From a virus, in IMG/VR virus record IMGVR_UViG_3300042888_001055: 64,000 nt of DNA; one strand, 5' to 3'. The notes beneath the pieces are model-generated. The model saw only the letters and a list, made by a program, of their open reading frames with translations, did no database searches and was not told the DNA's origin. A program made the translations under genes and the position numbers. This document shows, piece by piece, positions 41,859 through 51,681 of the stretch; positions within the stretch are counted from its first letter, which is position 1, and each line of letters begins with the position of its first letter.

Positions 41859-44800
41859 ATGGCAACAACACCCCCAATGATCGGTGGAGCTGATCCGTCT
41901 GTATTAAGATCATTAGAAACACAAAAACCCTCAGTAGCAAGAACAAGTCCCCCTACAGTTTCTGCTAGTACAGGTTCAGCAACCTCAGGTGGAACGGCAA
42001 TAGCTAGAAGTATTGCTCCACAAGTGTCTGGTGACACAATAACCTATAATCAAGCTACACAAACAGTTTCAGGAGCATCATTAACTATTACATCAGCAAC
42101 TAATAATGAACCAGCCGATGTTGTAACTGTATTTAATAGCAATAAAGCTATCTCTGTTAGTGCAGTTAATCAAACAGTAAATTCATATAACGTTAACACC
42201 TATTCAGGAAATGAATATACCAACGATGACGTTGCTAACTTTTTACCAACATTTACAGGTACAGTAGGTGCCGGCAATGTAACTGTTACGGGTACTGTAT
42301 ACACTAGTGGTATAAGTTCTGCTGGATTAGCATCATTAACCATATTAAATGTTTCTACTATAGCTAATCTTGGTGCTGTGAGTAATTTAATAATTACAGG
42401 TGGTACAGGTGGACAATATTTACAAACAGACGGAACTGGTAATTTAAGTTGGGCAGCCGGGGGCGGTGGAGGAAACGGATCACCCGGCGGTGCTAACACC
42501 CAAGTTCAATTTAATGATGCCGGTGCTTTTGGTGGTAACTCTGCATTTACTTTCAACAAAACGACCGGTGCATTAGCAGTTACTGGTAATGGCACATTTG
42601 GTAACGTGAGTGCAACTACATTTACAGGTGCGTTAACAGGTGCGGCAACAAGTGCAACTACTGCAGGTACAGTAACAACAGCCGCACAAGGTAATATCAC
42701 AAGTGTTGGTACATTAACATCCTTGAATTCTAGTGGTACTGTTACTGCACCGGCATTTACTGCTAATACAGGTGTATTTACCGGTAACGCTAGTGGATTA
42801 AGTTCATTGGTTGGTGCTAATGTATCTGGTTTTGTACCTAATGCCAATGTTGCTAATACGGCTTTTGCAGTAGCATTAGCTAATGTATCCGGAGTAGGAA
42901 ATATTGCTTCAATTAATTTAGATGGTAATTTAAGTAACATATTATATGGTAATGGTGTCTTTGCATCGGCTCCGGCTGGTGGAGGTTATGGTAACAGTAA
43001 TGTCGCAACATTCTTAGCAAGTTATGGCAGTAATACAATGACTACAACTGGTAATGTATCAGTTGGTAATATAATTGGTAATGGACAAGCATTAACTGGC
43101 TTAGCTGGTGCTAATGTAACAGGGCAAGTAACTTATGCCGCTACAGCTAACGCAGTGGCCGGTGCTAATGTATCTGGTGCTGTCACATACGCAACAACTG
43201 CTAATAGCGTAGCAGTAGCAAACGTATCAGGTATTGGTAATATCTCTACCATTAACTTAAATGGCAATTCATCACAAATATTATATGGTAATGGTGTATT
43301 TGCGGCCGCATCTGTTGCTGTCTCATATGGTGATAGTAATGTAGCAACATTTTTAGCCTCATACGGCAGTAATACTATTACTACTACAGGAAATGTAAGT
43401 GTTGGTAATATCATAGGTAATGGACAAGCATTGACCGGCATTGCCGGCGGTAATGTGTCTGGTGCAGTATCATTTGCTACCACAGCGAATGCCGTAGCCG
43501 GTGCTAATGTGTCTGGTGCAGTATCATTTGCTACCACAGCGAATGCCGTAGCCGGTGCTAATGTAAGTGGCACTGTGGCTTCAGCAACATCTGCCGCATC
43601 AGCAAACGCAGTGGCAGGTGCTAATGTATCAGGTGCAGTATCATTTGCTACCACAGCAAATGCCGTAGCCGGTGCTAATGTATCAGGTGCAGTATCATTT
43701 GCCGCAACGGCTAACAGTGTTGCAGTAGCTAATGTAAGTGGTATTGGTAATATTGCTACAATAAACAAAGACGGTAACGCAAGCAATATTCTTTACGGTA
43801 ATGGTGTCTTTGCATCGGCTCCAGCCGGCGGTGTGTACGGTGATAGTAATGTTGTAACATTATTGGCTAGTTATGGTAGCAATACTATTACTACAACCGG
43901 TAATGTATCCGTTGGTAATATCATAGGTAATGGACAAGCATTGACTGGCTTAGCTGGTGGTAATGTGTCAGGGCAAGTAGGTAACGCATTAGTATCAGGT
44001 ACAGTGTACACAAATGCACAACCTAATATTACTAGTGTTGGTACACTAACAAGTCTATCTGTTACAGGTAATGCAAATGTTGGTAACTTAGGTACTGCAA
44101 CTGCAATTATTACTACCGGTAACATTACTACTATCAATAGCGGTTTGTTACAGAATGGTAACTCAAACATCACTATTACTAGTAACGGTAACATCTCTTT
44201 GTCAGCAGTAGGTGCACCAAATGAAGTAGTAATTACTTCAACTGGCGTAAATGTAGCAGGAACATTAAGTGTTACTGGTAATGTGACTGGCGGCAACATC
44301 AGCACTGGCATCATCACACTCACAAACGGTGCAGTAATAAAAGATACTGTTGATGATGCTGTGGCATTTGGTCAAGGTGCTGGTAATACATCACAAGGTG
44401 CCGGTTCAATAGCCATTGGGTTTGCAGCTGGGAACACCGCGCAAGGTGGATATTCTGTAGGCGTTGGTCGAGAAGCTGGTTCAAATGCTCAAGGTGGTCT
44501 ATCAGTTGCCATTGGATTCACTGCTGGTTATACTTCACAGGGCACTTATGCACTAGCTATTGGTGCAAGTACTGGTTATAATACTCAAGGTACTCAAGCA
44601 GTAGCTATTGGTGCAAGTGCAGGTTACGCTAATCAAGGTGCTTCAGCAGTGGCTGTTGGTTTTGCTGCTGGTGGTACCAACCAAGCTAGCAACTCAATCA
44701 TATTAAATGCTACTGGCACTGAGCTAAATCAAACTACAGCCAATACATTCACAGTAGCACCAGTTCGCAATGATGTAGCTAATATTGCTCAAGTAATGTT

Positions 44801-45245
44801 CTACAATACTACTAGCAAAGAAGTTACATATGGTAACACAATAAGTGTTGCCGGTAATGTGATTGGTGGCAACATCTCAACTACCGGTAACATCTCAGGT
44901 AACACAAACGGTTTTACTATCGGTTATTTGAATGTCCCTCAAATTTCGGCAGCTAATGCTACACTTGCATTAACTGATGCAGGTAAACATTACTACTCAA
45001 CTACCGCTGGTAACTTGACATTGACTATTCCAACTAACGCTAGCGTGGCATTTGCTACTGGTACAGCAATTAGTATTGTTGTTCAGGCGGCAGGTAATGT
45101 GTTAGTTAATGCAACATCGGGTGTAACGTTGTATATGGGAGGCAACGCAACCGCTGGTAACAGAGTTGTGGGTACTTATGGTATGGCTACACTAATGAAG
45201 GTGGCAAGTGATACTTGGTTCATTAGCGGTGCAGGAGTAGCATAA
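41859..45245 (+). CDS. long tail-fibre/adhesin-like protein
   Basis: GANVSGAV repeats, 15-aa AIG..AG..Q YadA-head-like repeats, PGGANTQVQFND motif. Confidence 0.78.
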   Translation: MATTPPMIGGADPSVLRSLETQKPSVARTSPPTVSASTGSATSGGTAIARSIAPQVSGDTITYNQATQTVSGASLTITSATNNEPADVVTVFNSNKAISVSAVNQTVNSYNVNTYSGNEYTNDDVANFLPTFTGTVGAGNVTVTGTVYTSGISSAGLASLTILNVSTIANLGAVSNLIITGGTGGQYLQTDGTGNLSWAAGGGGGNGSPGGANTQVQFNDAGAFGGNSAFTFNKTTGALAVTGNGTFGNVSATTFTGALTGAATSATTAGTVTTAAQGNITSVGTLTSLNSSGTVTAPAFTANTGVFTGNASGLSSLVGANVSGFVPNANVANTAFAVALANVSGVGNIASINLDGNLSNILYGNGVFASAPAGGGYGNSNVATFLASYGSNTMTTTGNVSVGNIIGNGQALTGLAGANVTGQVTYAATANAVAGANVSGAVTYATTANSVAVANVSGIGNISTINLNGNSSQILYGNGVFAAASVAVSYGDSNVATFLASYGSNTITTTGNVSVGNIIGNGQALTGIAGGNVSGAVSFATTANAVAGANVSGAVSFATTANAVAGANVSGTVASATSAASANAVAGANVSGAVSFATTANAVAGANVSGAVSFAATANSVAVANVSGIGNIATINKDGNASNILYGNGVFASAPAGGVYGDSNVVTLLASYGSNTITTTGNVSVGNIIGNGQALTGLAGGNVSGQVGNALVSGTVYTNAQPNITSVGTLTSLSVTGNANVGNLGTATAIITTGNITTINSGLLQNGNSNITITSNGNISLSAVGAPNEVVITSTGVNVAGTLSVTGNVTGGNISTGIITLTNGAVIKDTVDDAVAFGQGAGNTSQGAGSIAIGFAAGNTAQGGYSVGVGREAGSNAQGGLSVAIGFTAGYTSQGTYALAIGASTGYNTQGTQAVAIGASAGYANQGASAVAVGFAAGGTNQASNSIILNATGTELNQTTANTFTVAPVRNDVANIAQVMFYNTTSKEVTYGNTISVAGNVIGGNISTTGNISGNTNGFTIGYLNVPQISAANATLALTDAGKHYYSTTAGNLTLTIPTNASVAFATGTAISIVVQAAGNVLVNATSGVTLYMGGNATAGNRVVGTYGMATLMKVASDTWFISGAGVA
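43440..43740 (+). repeat. intragenic tandem repeats (about 54 bp, AGANVSGAVSFATTANAV)
   Basis: near-identical ggtgcagtatcatttgctaccacagc copies. Confidence 0.8.
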
Positions 45246-46093
45246 TGGGTGGTATGGTAGCTCTAATAATAGGTACGAACGGGGCCGCTGCAAATCCAGC
45301 TCCAGGTCCATCTCCAGCTCCAGCTGGTCAACAAGCCTATACAACAGCCGGGACATATTCTTGGGTTGCCCCTGCAGGTGTAACTTCTGTATCTGTAGTT
45401 TGTATCGGCGGCGGAGGGGGCGCAGTAGCTGTAAATAATGCTTTTCAATGGGGCGCGGGCGGTGCTTTAGCTTACGCTAATAATATTACAGTTGCTCCCG
45501 GAAATTCTTATACGGTTGTTGTCGGTGCAGTAGGCGTGTCATTCGGTGGCGCAAACGGCGGAGACAGTAGTTTTAATTCTACAAGTTGTATGGCGGGTGG
45601 AGGAGCTACTGGTTCAGTTATAGGAACTGCCGCGGCCGGCGGAGTAGTTATTTATGGCACTGGCGGGGCAGGTGGGGCAAGTGGTACGGTTATACTTGGT
45701 TCAGTTTCAAGAGCAGGTGGCGGCGGTGCTGGTGGATATTCAGGTGCTGGCGGTGCTGGTGGAAATGCAGGAGCTTCTGGAGCTTCTGGTGCTGGTGGTG
45801 GCGCTGGTGGTGGTGGCGGGTATCCTGGAAGTGGAAGTACAAACGGCGCTTCAGGTGGAGGCACAGGAATATTTGGAGAAGCCTCAAGTGGTACTGGTGG
45901 TGCTCCCGGAGTAAATGGTAATCCCGGCAGTAATGGAACTATTGGTGCTAGCCTTCTAGTTGGTGGCAATTATGGCGGTGGTGGTGTTGGCTCTTCTTTT
46001 GGAACAGACGGAGGAGGTGCAGTACGTATCATTTGGGCTGGCACTTCTGGCATTACCAGAGCCTTCCCTTCAACAAACACAGGTGATTTATAA
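45245..46093 (+). CDS. Gly-rich virion protein (fibre tip/adhesin-like)
   Basis: YTTAGTYSW.AP.GV..V.VVCIGGGGG..GAVRIIW. Confidence 0.7.
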   Translation: MGGMVALIIGTNGAAANPAPGPSPAPAGQQAYTTAGTYSWVAPAGVTSVSVVCIGGGGGAVAVNNAFQWGAGGALAYANNITVAPGNSYTVVVGAVGVSFGGANGGDSSFNSTSCMAGGGATGSVIGTAAAGGVVIYGTGGAGGASGTVILGSVSRAGGGGAGGYSGAGGAGGNAGASGASGAGGGAGGGGGYPGSGSTNGASGGGTGIFGEASSGTGGAPGVNGNPGSNGTIGASLLVGGNYGGGGVGSSFGTDGGGAVRIIWAGTSGITRAFPSTNTGDL

Positions 46094-46095
46094 TT

Positions 46096-46121
46096 AAAAA
46101 AGCCCCAATAGGGGCTTTTTT
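46096..46121. terminator. bidirectional intrinsic terminator
   Basis: A6-GCCCC-AATA-GGGGC-T6 between convergent genes. Confidence 0.85.
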
Positions 46122-46332
46122 ATTTCATCTTCTCTAGCATATAGTTTGTGAATTTACTTTCACACATTGCTGGAATCTCAACAAACGGATCCTCTAAAAA
46201 GAAAGGACACCCTGTTTTCCATTTACCATGTTTCTTAAAGAATTTAAATTCTAGCAAATCTTTTCTATCTGCAGGATTAAATTCTCTACGAGGGTTAAAC
46301 GAGCGACGGAATGTAGATAGATTTAAGTTCAT
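46120..46332 (-). CDS. hypothetical protein
   Basis: ORF. Confidence 0.65.
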   Translation of the reverse strand: MNLNLSTFRRSFNPRREFNPADRKDLLEFKFFKKHGKWKTGCPFFLEDPFVEIPAMCESKFTNYMLEKMK

Positions 46333-46357
46333 AGTATAAGGGCCGAAGCCCTATTAA

Positions 46358-46747
46358 TTAGAGTGGAGCGTCTTCAACTGCCGCAAGAATATCTTCTGCG
46401 GACACTTTTGCTTTTTTAGCACGTGCTTTGATAACATCAATACTAGGCTTTGTTTTAGAAGCTTTTACTTTAACTTCACCTTTACTTGCTTCTTTAGTTT
46501 TATCTTCAAGTGTATCAGCAATAGTTGCCTGATCACTTGCACTAGCAAACTCAGATAGAGTAGCAAGATATTTTAATGCTTCTACTTTTGTCATTTCTGA
46601 AGGTAGTTCAACAAATTCCACACGACTAGCACCACCTTTAGTGAATTGCTTGATACGACGGACCATGTCATCGGTGAAACGAACTTTAGCGTTACCATTG
46701 TGAATAGTAATACCAGCGACTTTGAAAGTTTGATTAGAATTAGCCAT
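46358..46747 (-). CDS. hypothetical protein
   Basis: AAGGA RBS, promoter at 46808-46836. Confidence 0.75.
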   Translation of the reverse strand: MANSNQTFKVAGITIHNGNAKVRFTDDMVRRIKQFTKGGASRVEFVELPSEMTKVEALKYLATLSEFASASDQATIADTLEDKTKEASKGEVKVKASKTKPSIDVIKARAKKAKVSAEDILAAVEDAPL

Positions 46748-46856
46748 ATGTTTCCTTTAATTAAAAGCTAAGTTAAAAATGTACTGATATCACTCAGCAC
46801 TGTTATAATGATAACACAATAGCCATTTATTGTCAACCATTGTGTTACCCATTATT

Positions 46857-47330
46857 TTACAAGTTGTGGGTAGCACCATACAACTTTACAAACTCCTCAG
46901 GAGTTTGCGTTTTAGAATACAAGTCATAAGCCAAATTCAGAATAGTTTGCTTGGCTTTTTCAAGGTCCTGTTTAACCTTGCCTCGTTTAGCACGATATCC
47001 CTTTTCTAGTTTCTCGCCATAGTGCTTCATATTGCCACGATGGTCAGTCCATTCTAAATTAGAGACATTGTTGTTGTTTTTAACACCATCAATATGATTG
47101 ACAATGTTTTTATTTTTAGGCTTTCTCAAATATGTTTCTGCCACTAGCCGATGAATAGTAGTATTATGTATACCACCATCAACTGATGACAGTTTAACCC
47201 GTTCATATCCCTGAAAGACATTCGGCTTAAGTTTGGTAGGTGCTCCTCGCTTAGTAGAATACAGTTCTCCGGTTTCTGTGATATGATAGTCTTTAAAACC
47301 CTTGATTGGTTTCATTTTAATTTTAACCAT
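46857..47330 (-). CDS. NUMOD4-HNH endonuclease
   Basis: IKGF.DY.I...G, HRLVA..VNHIDG.K.NN...NLEW. Confidence 0.88.
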   Translation of the reverse strand: MVKIKMKPIKGFKDYHITETGELYSTKRGAPTKLKPNVFQGYERVKLSSVDGGIHNTTIHRLVAETYLRKPKNKNIVNHIDGVKNNNNVSNLEWTDHRGNMKHYGEKLEKGYRAKRGKVKQDLEKAKQTILNLAYDLYSKTQTPEEFVKLYGATHNL

Positions 47331-47333
47331 AAT

Positions 47334-47750
47334 TTATTTCTCCAAAATGTAAGATTTATTCCATTTACCAATATTAACGTCAACATAGTATGCTGTATTA
47401 AAATAGTCTGTCATTGCGTCTGATTCGTCAAACCAATCGGCCGCTTTTAATGCTACAAAAGCCTCGGTTAAGAATTCCTTAGCAACACCATCGTAGTGAT
47501 CCTGAAACCAATATTGATTTACCTGATCGTAACCATTTGTGTTGGGTTTGAAACCTCGTTGTACCTGATAAAAATCATTGCCACAGACCTTGTTGCTATT
47601 TCCAATAAAGTCAATAACACCCGATTTGAGGGTCAACGAAATGGTCATGTGATTACGGACACTCAGTGAGCCCTTAACCTTGTACTTAGCCAAGATTGGC
47701 TTGAGTGCTTGAGCAATTTTTTGTTTGCGTTCCTGATTCATGTAAGCCAT
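47334..47750 (-). CDS. hypothetical early protein
   Basis: own promoter module. Confidence 0.8.
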   Translation of the reverse strand: MAYMNQERKQKIAQALKPILAKYKVKGSLSVRNHMTISLTLKSGVIDFIGNSNKVCGNDFYQVQRGFKPNTNGYDQVNQYWFQDHYDGVAKEFLTEAFVALKAADWFDESDAMTDYFNTAYYVDVNIGKWNKSYILEK

Positions 47751-47812
47751 TTTGTTTCCTTTTCTTTACTGTTTAAGATTCTATTATAGCACCAAATCCA
47801 TTTAATGTCAAA

Positions 47813-47944
47813 TTATTGTTCCATTGGGTCACCGAGAAAATACTCAGTGACGTAGGTGACAACAATATTTTTGCCAGAATGAATCTTTAAGTACTCACCT
47901 AGTGCTTCTACATTACGAAATAAATAGCCATTTGCTTTGTACAT
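47813..47944 (-). CDS. 43-aa early protein (not in ORF track)
   Basis: full promoter module and AAGGA RBS; MYKANGYLF... Confidence 0.7.
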   Translation of the reverse strand: MYKANGYLFRNVEALGEYLKIHSGKNIVVTYVTEYFLGDPMEQ

Positions 47945-48007
47945 TTCTAGTCCTTTATTTAACTGTCTAAGTATCTATTGTAGCAGAAAGACCATTTATT
48001 GTCAAAT

Positions 48008-48169
48008 TTAGGAGTTTACTGTTTTGAACGGGCTAAACACTTCCCTATTCTTAACGGAATCGGACACGTCATAGACCCAAGTTACAGGCACATCTAGTAC
48101 AGCGGAGATGGTAGCAGGATGTGTACCTTTCTCCAACATTTCCATGATATCAATTTCTAAATCACTCAT
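48008..48169 (-). CDS. 53-aa protein, possible HTH (not in ORF track)
   Basis: coupled; MSDLEIDIMEMLEKG.HPATIS. Confidence 0.6.
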   Translation of the reverse strand: MSDLEIDIMEMLEKGTHPATISAVLDVPVTWVYDVSDSVKNREVFSPFKTVNS

Positions 48170-48339
48170 TTTGCTTTCCTAATATTAAATAAACCACCCA
48201 AAATCACTATAGCTAACCAGGACTCTAATGAGTACTTAATAGCTAAGATTGGGAACAACACATTCAATGACCAAATAGTCAATAACGGGCCAATTGCTAC
48301 GAGGGCAATGACAATCACAATTCCTACAAAATAACTCAT
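48166..48339 (-). CDS. 57-aa membrane protein (not in ORF track)
   Basis: ATGA-coupled, two TM segments. Confidence 0.6.
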   Translation of the reverse strand: MSYFVGIVIVIALVAIGPLLTIWSLNVLFPILAIKYSLESWLAIVILGGLFNIRKAK

Positions 48340-48623
48340 ACAACCTCCAACATGTTAGCGGGCACTCTCCAAACACTATTAATGAATGAACCTGGCTTTG
48401 AGGAATCAACAATAATAAACTTACGATTGATTTTCTTTACAACACCAGAGATTGTACCACGGGTTGAACTAGTAAATTTCACATTGGATCCTATTGTCAA
48501 TGCCGATTTGTTTCGTACCACTAGTTGGGCACGGGCAAAACGAATAGCATCATTAATGCTGTTCAATTCTTCATTAGTAAGATCACCCTGCATGATAGCA
48601 GTATTAATTTGCTTGATGTTCAT
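48336..48623 (-). CDS. hypothetical early protein, SH3/KOW-like
   Basis: own promoter module. Confidence 0.75.
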   Translation of the reverse strand: MNIKQINTAIMQGDLTNEELNSINDAIRFARAQLVVRNKSALTIGSNVKFTSSTRGTISGVVKKINRKFIIVDSSKPGSFINSVWRVPANMLEVV

Positions 48624-48685
48624 AAGAACTCCTTTTGACTGAATAAGACTCTATTATAGACCCAAAACCATTTATTGTCAAGTTT

Positions 48686-48925
48686 TTATTGTTTGATGTT
48701 TTTAATTGAATTTTCCATGTCTTCCAGATGCTTGCGATACTGGATACGGCCAAGATTGATGGTGTACATCACATAAGCCAACATAGCAATACAGAATGTA
48801 ATTCCAATGTAAGGTACTGCTGACACTGGAATGAGTGTAAGCAAATAGATAGTTGCGGATCCGGCGATTGCGGCGAGTGCCAATTCTTTTGCGGTCTGTG
48901 CGACTGCTTCAGTTTTTTCTGACAT
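48686..48925 (-). CDS. early membrane protein
   Basis: own promoter, two TM segments. Confidence 0.7.
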   Translation of the reverse strand: MSEKTEAVAQTAKELALAAIAGSATIYLLTLIPVSAVPYIGITFCIAMLAYVMYTINLGRIQYRKHLEDMENSIKNIKQ

Positions 48926-48982
48926 ATTGAGTTTCCTTTCTAAGTTTCAATATAAGTATTGTAACACCGAAACGATTTATTG

Positions 48983-49141
48983 TCAAATTTCGGTGCTGTT
49001 TGGATGCTTGGGTTTACGAACGTACATACCTTTTTTGGATAATACGACCTTAGGTTTGAACGGAGTGTTGCTAGAAAACAACACTTTATGAGCCCGATGT
49101 TTGGGCTGTTCAATAGTGAATGATAAGATTTTTCGTTTCAT
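48983..49141 (-). CDS. ArfA-like alternative ribosome-rescue factor (52 aa, not in ORF track)
   Basis: PFKPKVVLSKKGMYVRKPKH versus ArfA [23 protein letters not shown]. Confidence 0.6.
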   Translation of the reverse strand: MKRKILSFTIEQPKHRAHKVLFSSNTPFKPKVVLSKKGMYVRKPKHPNSTEI

Positions 49142-49174
49142 AATACGTATTATAGCATAGGAAACGTATTTATG

Positions 49175-49552
49175 TCAACTTTTGGCAGTTGTATCCTGGT
49201 TCAAGCACCCAAATACAACGACGGGGACAGTGCCAAAAGGTGGGGGTAACAGTACAGTAATAGCAAACCAAGGATTGATTCCGGCATCATTACAACGCCT
49301 AATTGTAGTTGCAATCCATAACCAACATGATAATACACTACCTACACATAATATTGCTAATGAAATAATCCATCCAAGTAGTCCTATTACTACAATAGTG
49401 AAGGGTAAACTTAGTACAAATATCATGAAAGCCAATGAACTAGTAAGACCTAGTAGGACCCAACTAATTAAATATACACCCCAATATTCGCTACGAGTAC
49501 TAGTACCTGTAAAGGCAAAGTATTTTTTATATTGTTCTAATTTGTTTATCAC
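49175..49552 (-). CDS. DUF805 membrane protein
   Basis: FTG.S.RSEYW, IRR.ND.G..W. Confidence 0.85.
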   Translation of the reverse strand: MINKLEQYKKYFAFTGTSTRSEYWGVYLISWVLLGLTSSLAFMIFVLSLPFTIVVIGLLGWIISLAILCVGSVLSCWLWIATTIRRCNDAGINPWFAITVLLPPPFGTVPVVVFGCLNQDTTAKS

Positions 49553-49836
49553 GTTAACATCCTTATTAATCCTACACTATCAATTGTTACAAGTAGCAAG
49601 TAGTTAGCCAACATCCCAAAAGATTTCCTAGTAAAACTAGCCCAAGCATAGAGACCACAGCCGATGATCCAAATAGGGTACAAAGCAAGTAAAGGCGGAT
49701 TGGGGACTGTGAAAGCCATGGTAATCGAACAGCCAATTGAAATGCCCCAAGCAAGCAACTCAATGCCAAACCTAAAAGGATGAGTACGGTAATCATCTTT
49801 GATCCAATTAAAAATTCCATAAAAAATATCGTTCAT
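49549..49836 (-). CDS. membrane protein
   Basis: 3 TM helices; leaderless after TATAAT. Confidence 0.7.
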   Translation of the reverse strand: MNDIFYGIFNWIKDDYRTHPFRFGIELLAWGISIGCSITMAFTVPNPPLLALYPIWIIGCGLYAWASFTRKSFGMLANYLLLVTIDSVGLIRMLT

Positions 49837-49881
49837 GTATCTATTATAGCACGGTGAACGCTATCATACAAGACATTTTGG

Positions 49882-50178
49882 TCACTGGGTGCAAGTTCGT
49901 TCTCTGTATATTTTACCATCAGATGTGTGAACTTCTTTCCAATCTGTACATGTTTGTGCTTGTACAGTTTGTTGCTGAACAATTATCGGTTGTTGTTGAA
50001 CAATAACTTGTTGACGGCCCAATTCATAACTAATTGCTCCTACTACTACAGGGGCTACCCACCAACCCATACTTGGACCACGATGATGGCCATGATGGCG
50101 GAAACCATGCCCGTGATGTTGTGCCATTGCTGTACCAGTCAATGCTAAAAGCGATAATGCTACTAGAATTTTTTTCAT
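49882..50178 (-). CDS. secreted His/Gln-rich protein
   Basis: signal peptide AMA, AGGAG RBS. Confidence 0.7.
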   Translation of the reverse strand: MKKILVALSLLALTGTAMAQHHGHGFRHHGHHRGPSMGWWVAPVVVGAISYELGRQQVIVQQQPIIVQQQTVQAQTCTDWKEVHTSDGKIYRERTCTQ

Positions 50179-50205
50179 AACTATCTCCTATACTTATATA
50201 ACGTT

Positions 50206-50370
50206 TTACTCAAGTGTTCCGTTGACTTTATGTTTGTCAATAACCTCTTGTAGAATACTCTCTATCATCTTATTTAGTGTGATATCACGTTTGTGTGCTT
50301 GCATAGCTAACTGATAGATTTCATGTTCATCTAAGTTCAATTCAATTTCAACTCTGTTATCTTCTGTCAT
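50206..50370 (-). CDS. 54-aa ribbon-helix-helix-like protein (not in ORF track)
   Basis: L..QAHKRDITLNKMIE pattern. Confidence 0.5.
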   Translation of the reverse strand: MTEDNRVEIELNLDEHEIYQLAMQAHKRDITLNKMIESILQEVIDKHKVNGTLE

Positions 50371-50564
50371 TTCTTTTCTCCGTTTTGTTTAAGTAATGGT
50401 TCAATATTATTCTCATAAATTTGAAGCATGGTGTTATACAATCCCTTACGTTCTTCTGGTGTCATTCCTGCACACCATGATGGACTATTTGGATCTTTAT
50501 TTAAATCATAATCCTGTCTATATGCATAGCACATCTCAGTTATGATTTCTTCTTTACTTTTCAT
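50367..50564 (-). CDS. hypothetical protein
   Basis: ORF. Confidence 0.6.
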   Translation of the reverse strand: MKSKEEIITEMCYAYRQDYDLNKDPNSPSWCAGMTPEERKGLYNTMLQIYENNIEPLLKQNGEKK

Positions 50565-50672
50565 ATTTTTCTATTCTATATTGACTGAAGGGATACTTTT
50601 CTTGTAACCATTCAATCATACCTTCTTCGTAGGGTAAAAAGACCGTACGAGCTTTATTAGTTATATAAAGTA

Positions 50673-50909
50673 TCATTTGATTTTAACATTCATTTTTTTC
50701 AAAATAGTTTCAGCATAAGTACCGCCACCTTGCTTATATACATCTTTAACTTCTTTGGCACATTCACGCACTACCAATTCATAAAACTTGTCTAGTTCTT
50801 TATCATAGGAACTAGACCAATCAATATTACCTTTACCCGGACCATGTGGTTCATTAGCCCAAGTAACAAAGCCGGCCTCTTTGGCAAGGTCTTTAATCTT
50901 TTTATTCAT
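50673..50909 (-). CDS. KFAxLIVxEC-family small protein
   Basis: DKFYELVVREC. Confidence 0.65.
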   Translation of the reverse strand: MNKKIKDLAKEAGFVTWANEPHGPGKGNIDWSSSYDKELDKFYELVVRECAKEVKDVYKQGGGTYAETILKKMNVKIK

Positions 50910-50934
50910 TAATCAGTCCTCAATAATACATTAC

Positions 50935-51243
50935 TTATGCCGTAAACCAATCTATATCTTCTTTTGCTTCAACCGATTCGGCTCCATCATACTCATTGAT
51001 TTTAAACTCAATGCCTTCAGGTACCCAAGCAACTTCTAAGTCCATCAGACCACCATCGTATATTTCAGGATACTTCAATGCCACATATGTTCGTAGTTCA
51101 TCAAATTTTTCGTCCAATACAAATTGTGCTATGGCAGGTTCAAAAATAAGTTCAGGCATTGTAGGGTTCCAAGTGGACCATCCTGCACCAAATCCCGGGC
51201 TGTATAATACAGCAACCATTCCATCTCTAACCAATTTGTTCAT
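50935..51243 (-). CDS. hypothetical phage protein (SPGFGAGWSTW, EYDGAE)
   Basis: ORF. Confidence 0.75.
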   Translation of the reverse strand: MNKLVRDGMVAVLYSPGFGAGWSTWNPTMPELIFEPAIAQFVLDEKFDELRTYVALKYPEIYDGGLMDLEVAWVPEGIEFKINEYDGAESVEAKEDIDWFTA

Positions 51244-51244
51244 T

Positions 51245-51472
51245 TTATCTCCAAGCGTTTACTAATCCAATTAAACAAGTAACTATTGCTACCACGTTCA
51301 CTACTAATTGCGGATTGTTCTTTACACGTATCGTCCATGTCAAAAACATAATTGTACCTAATGTAAATGCTACAATGTTGTAGGGATGTGCATCAGGTCC
51401 AATTGCATTACATATATGGCCAACAATAATGAATACTGCCCCAATCCATTGCAATATATCGTTTACTTTCAT
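51245..51472 (-). CDS. membrane protein
   Basis: 3 TM segments; start moved to MKVND. Confidence 0.65.
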   Translation of the reverse strand: MKVNDILQWIGAVFIIVGHICNAIGPDAHPYNIVAFTLGTIMFLTWTIRVKNNPQLVVNVVAIVTCLIGLVNAWR

Positions 51473-51681
51473 TCTACTCCAAAATGTATCTTTGTATTCC
51501 AAATAGCATCACTAAGACGCAATTTGGAATCACTGGCATCAGTCATAATTGTTACACATTCCTTAACAATCAATTCGGCAAACTTTTCAATAACCTGTTT
51601 ATCATACTCATCCATTTCATCCCAGCATCCTTGTGCAGTTAGTCCTGAATGATACATCAAATCTTGAATTTTTTGATTCAT
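51469..51681 (-). CDS. KFAxLIVxEC-family small protein
   Basis: EKFAELIVKEC..HFGVE; start MNQKI. Confidence 0.7.
   Translation of the reverse strand: MNQKIQDLMYHSGLTAQGCWDEMDEYDKQVIEKFAELIVKECVTIMTDASDSKLRLSDAIWNTKIHFGVE

Larger units (their letters stand above)
46808..49178 (-). repeat. promoter(+leader) repeat, array 3 (6 copies; -35 at 46836, 47811, 48005, 48681, 48986, 49178)
   Basis: reverse complement of the same TTGACA(A/T)TAAAT..TA(T/C)AAT module. Confidence 0.88.

Noticed and set aside
31326-45969. Long antisense or alternate-frame ORFs over Gly/Thr/Asn-rich fibre genes and clpX
   Set aside because: Shadow ORFs from biased codon use; no RBS or promoter support.
38576-46093. Diversity-generating retroelement acting on fibre genes
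   Set aside because: No reverse transcriptase and no TR/VR pair with adenine-specific differences noticed.
46857-47330. HNH gene as part of an intron or intein
   Set aside because: Flanking genes are complete; it appears free-standing.
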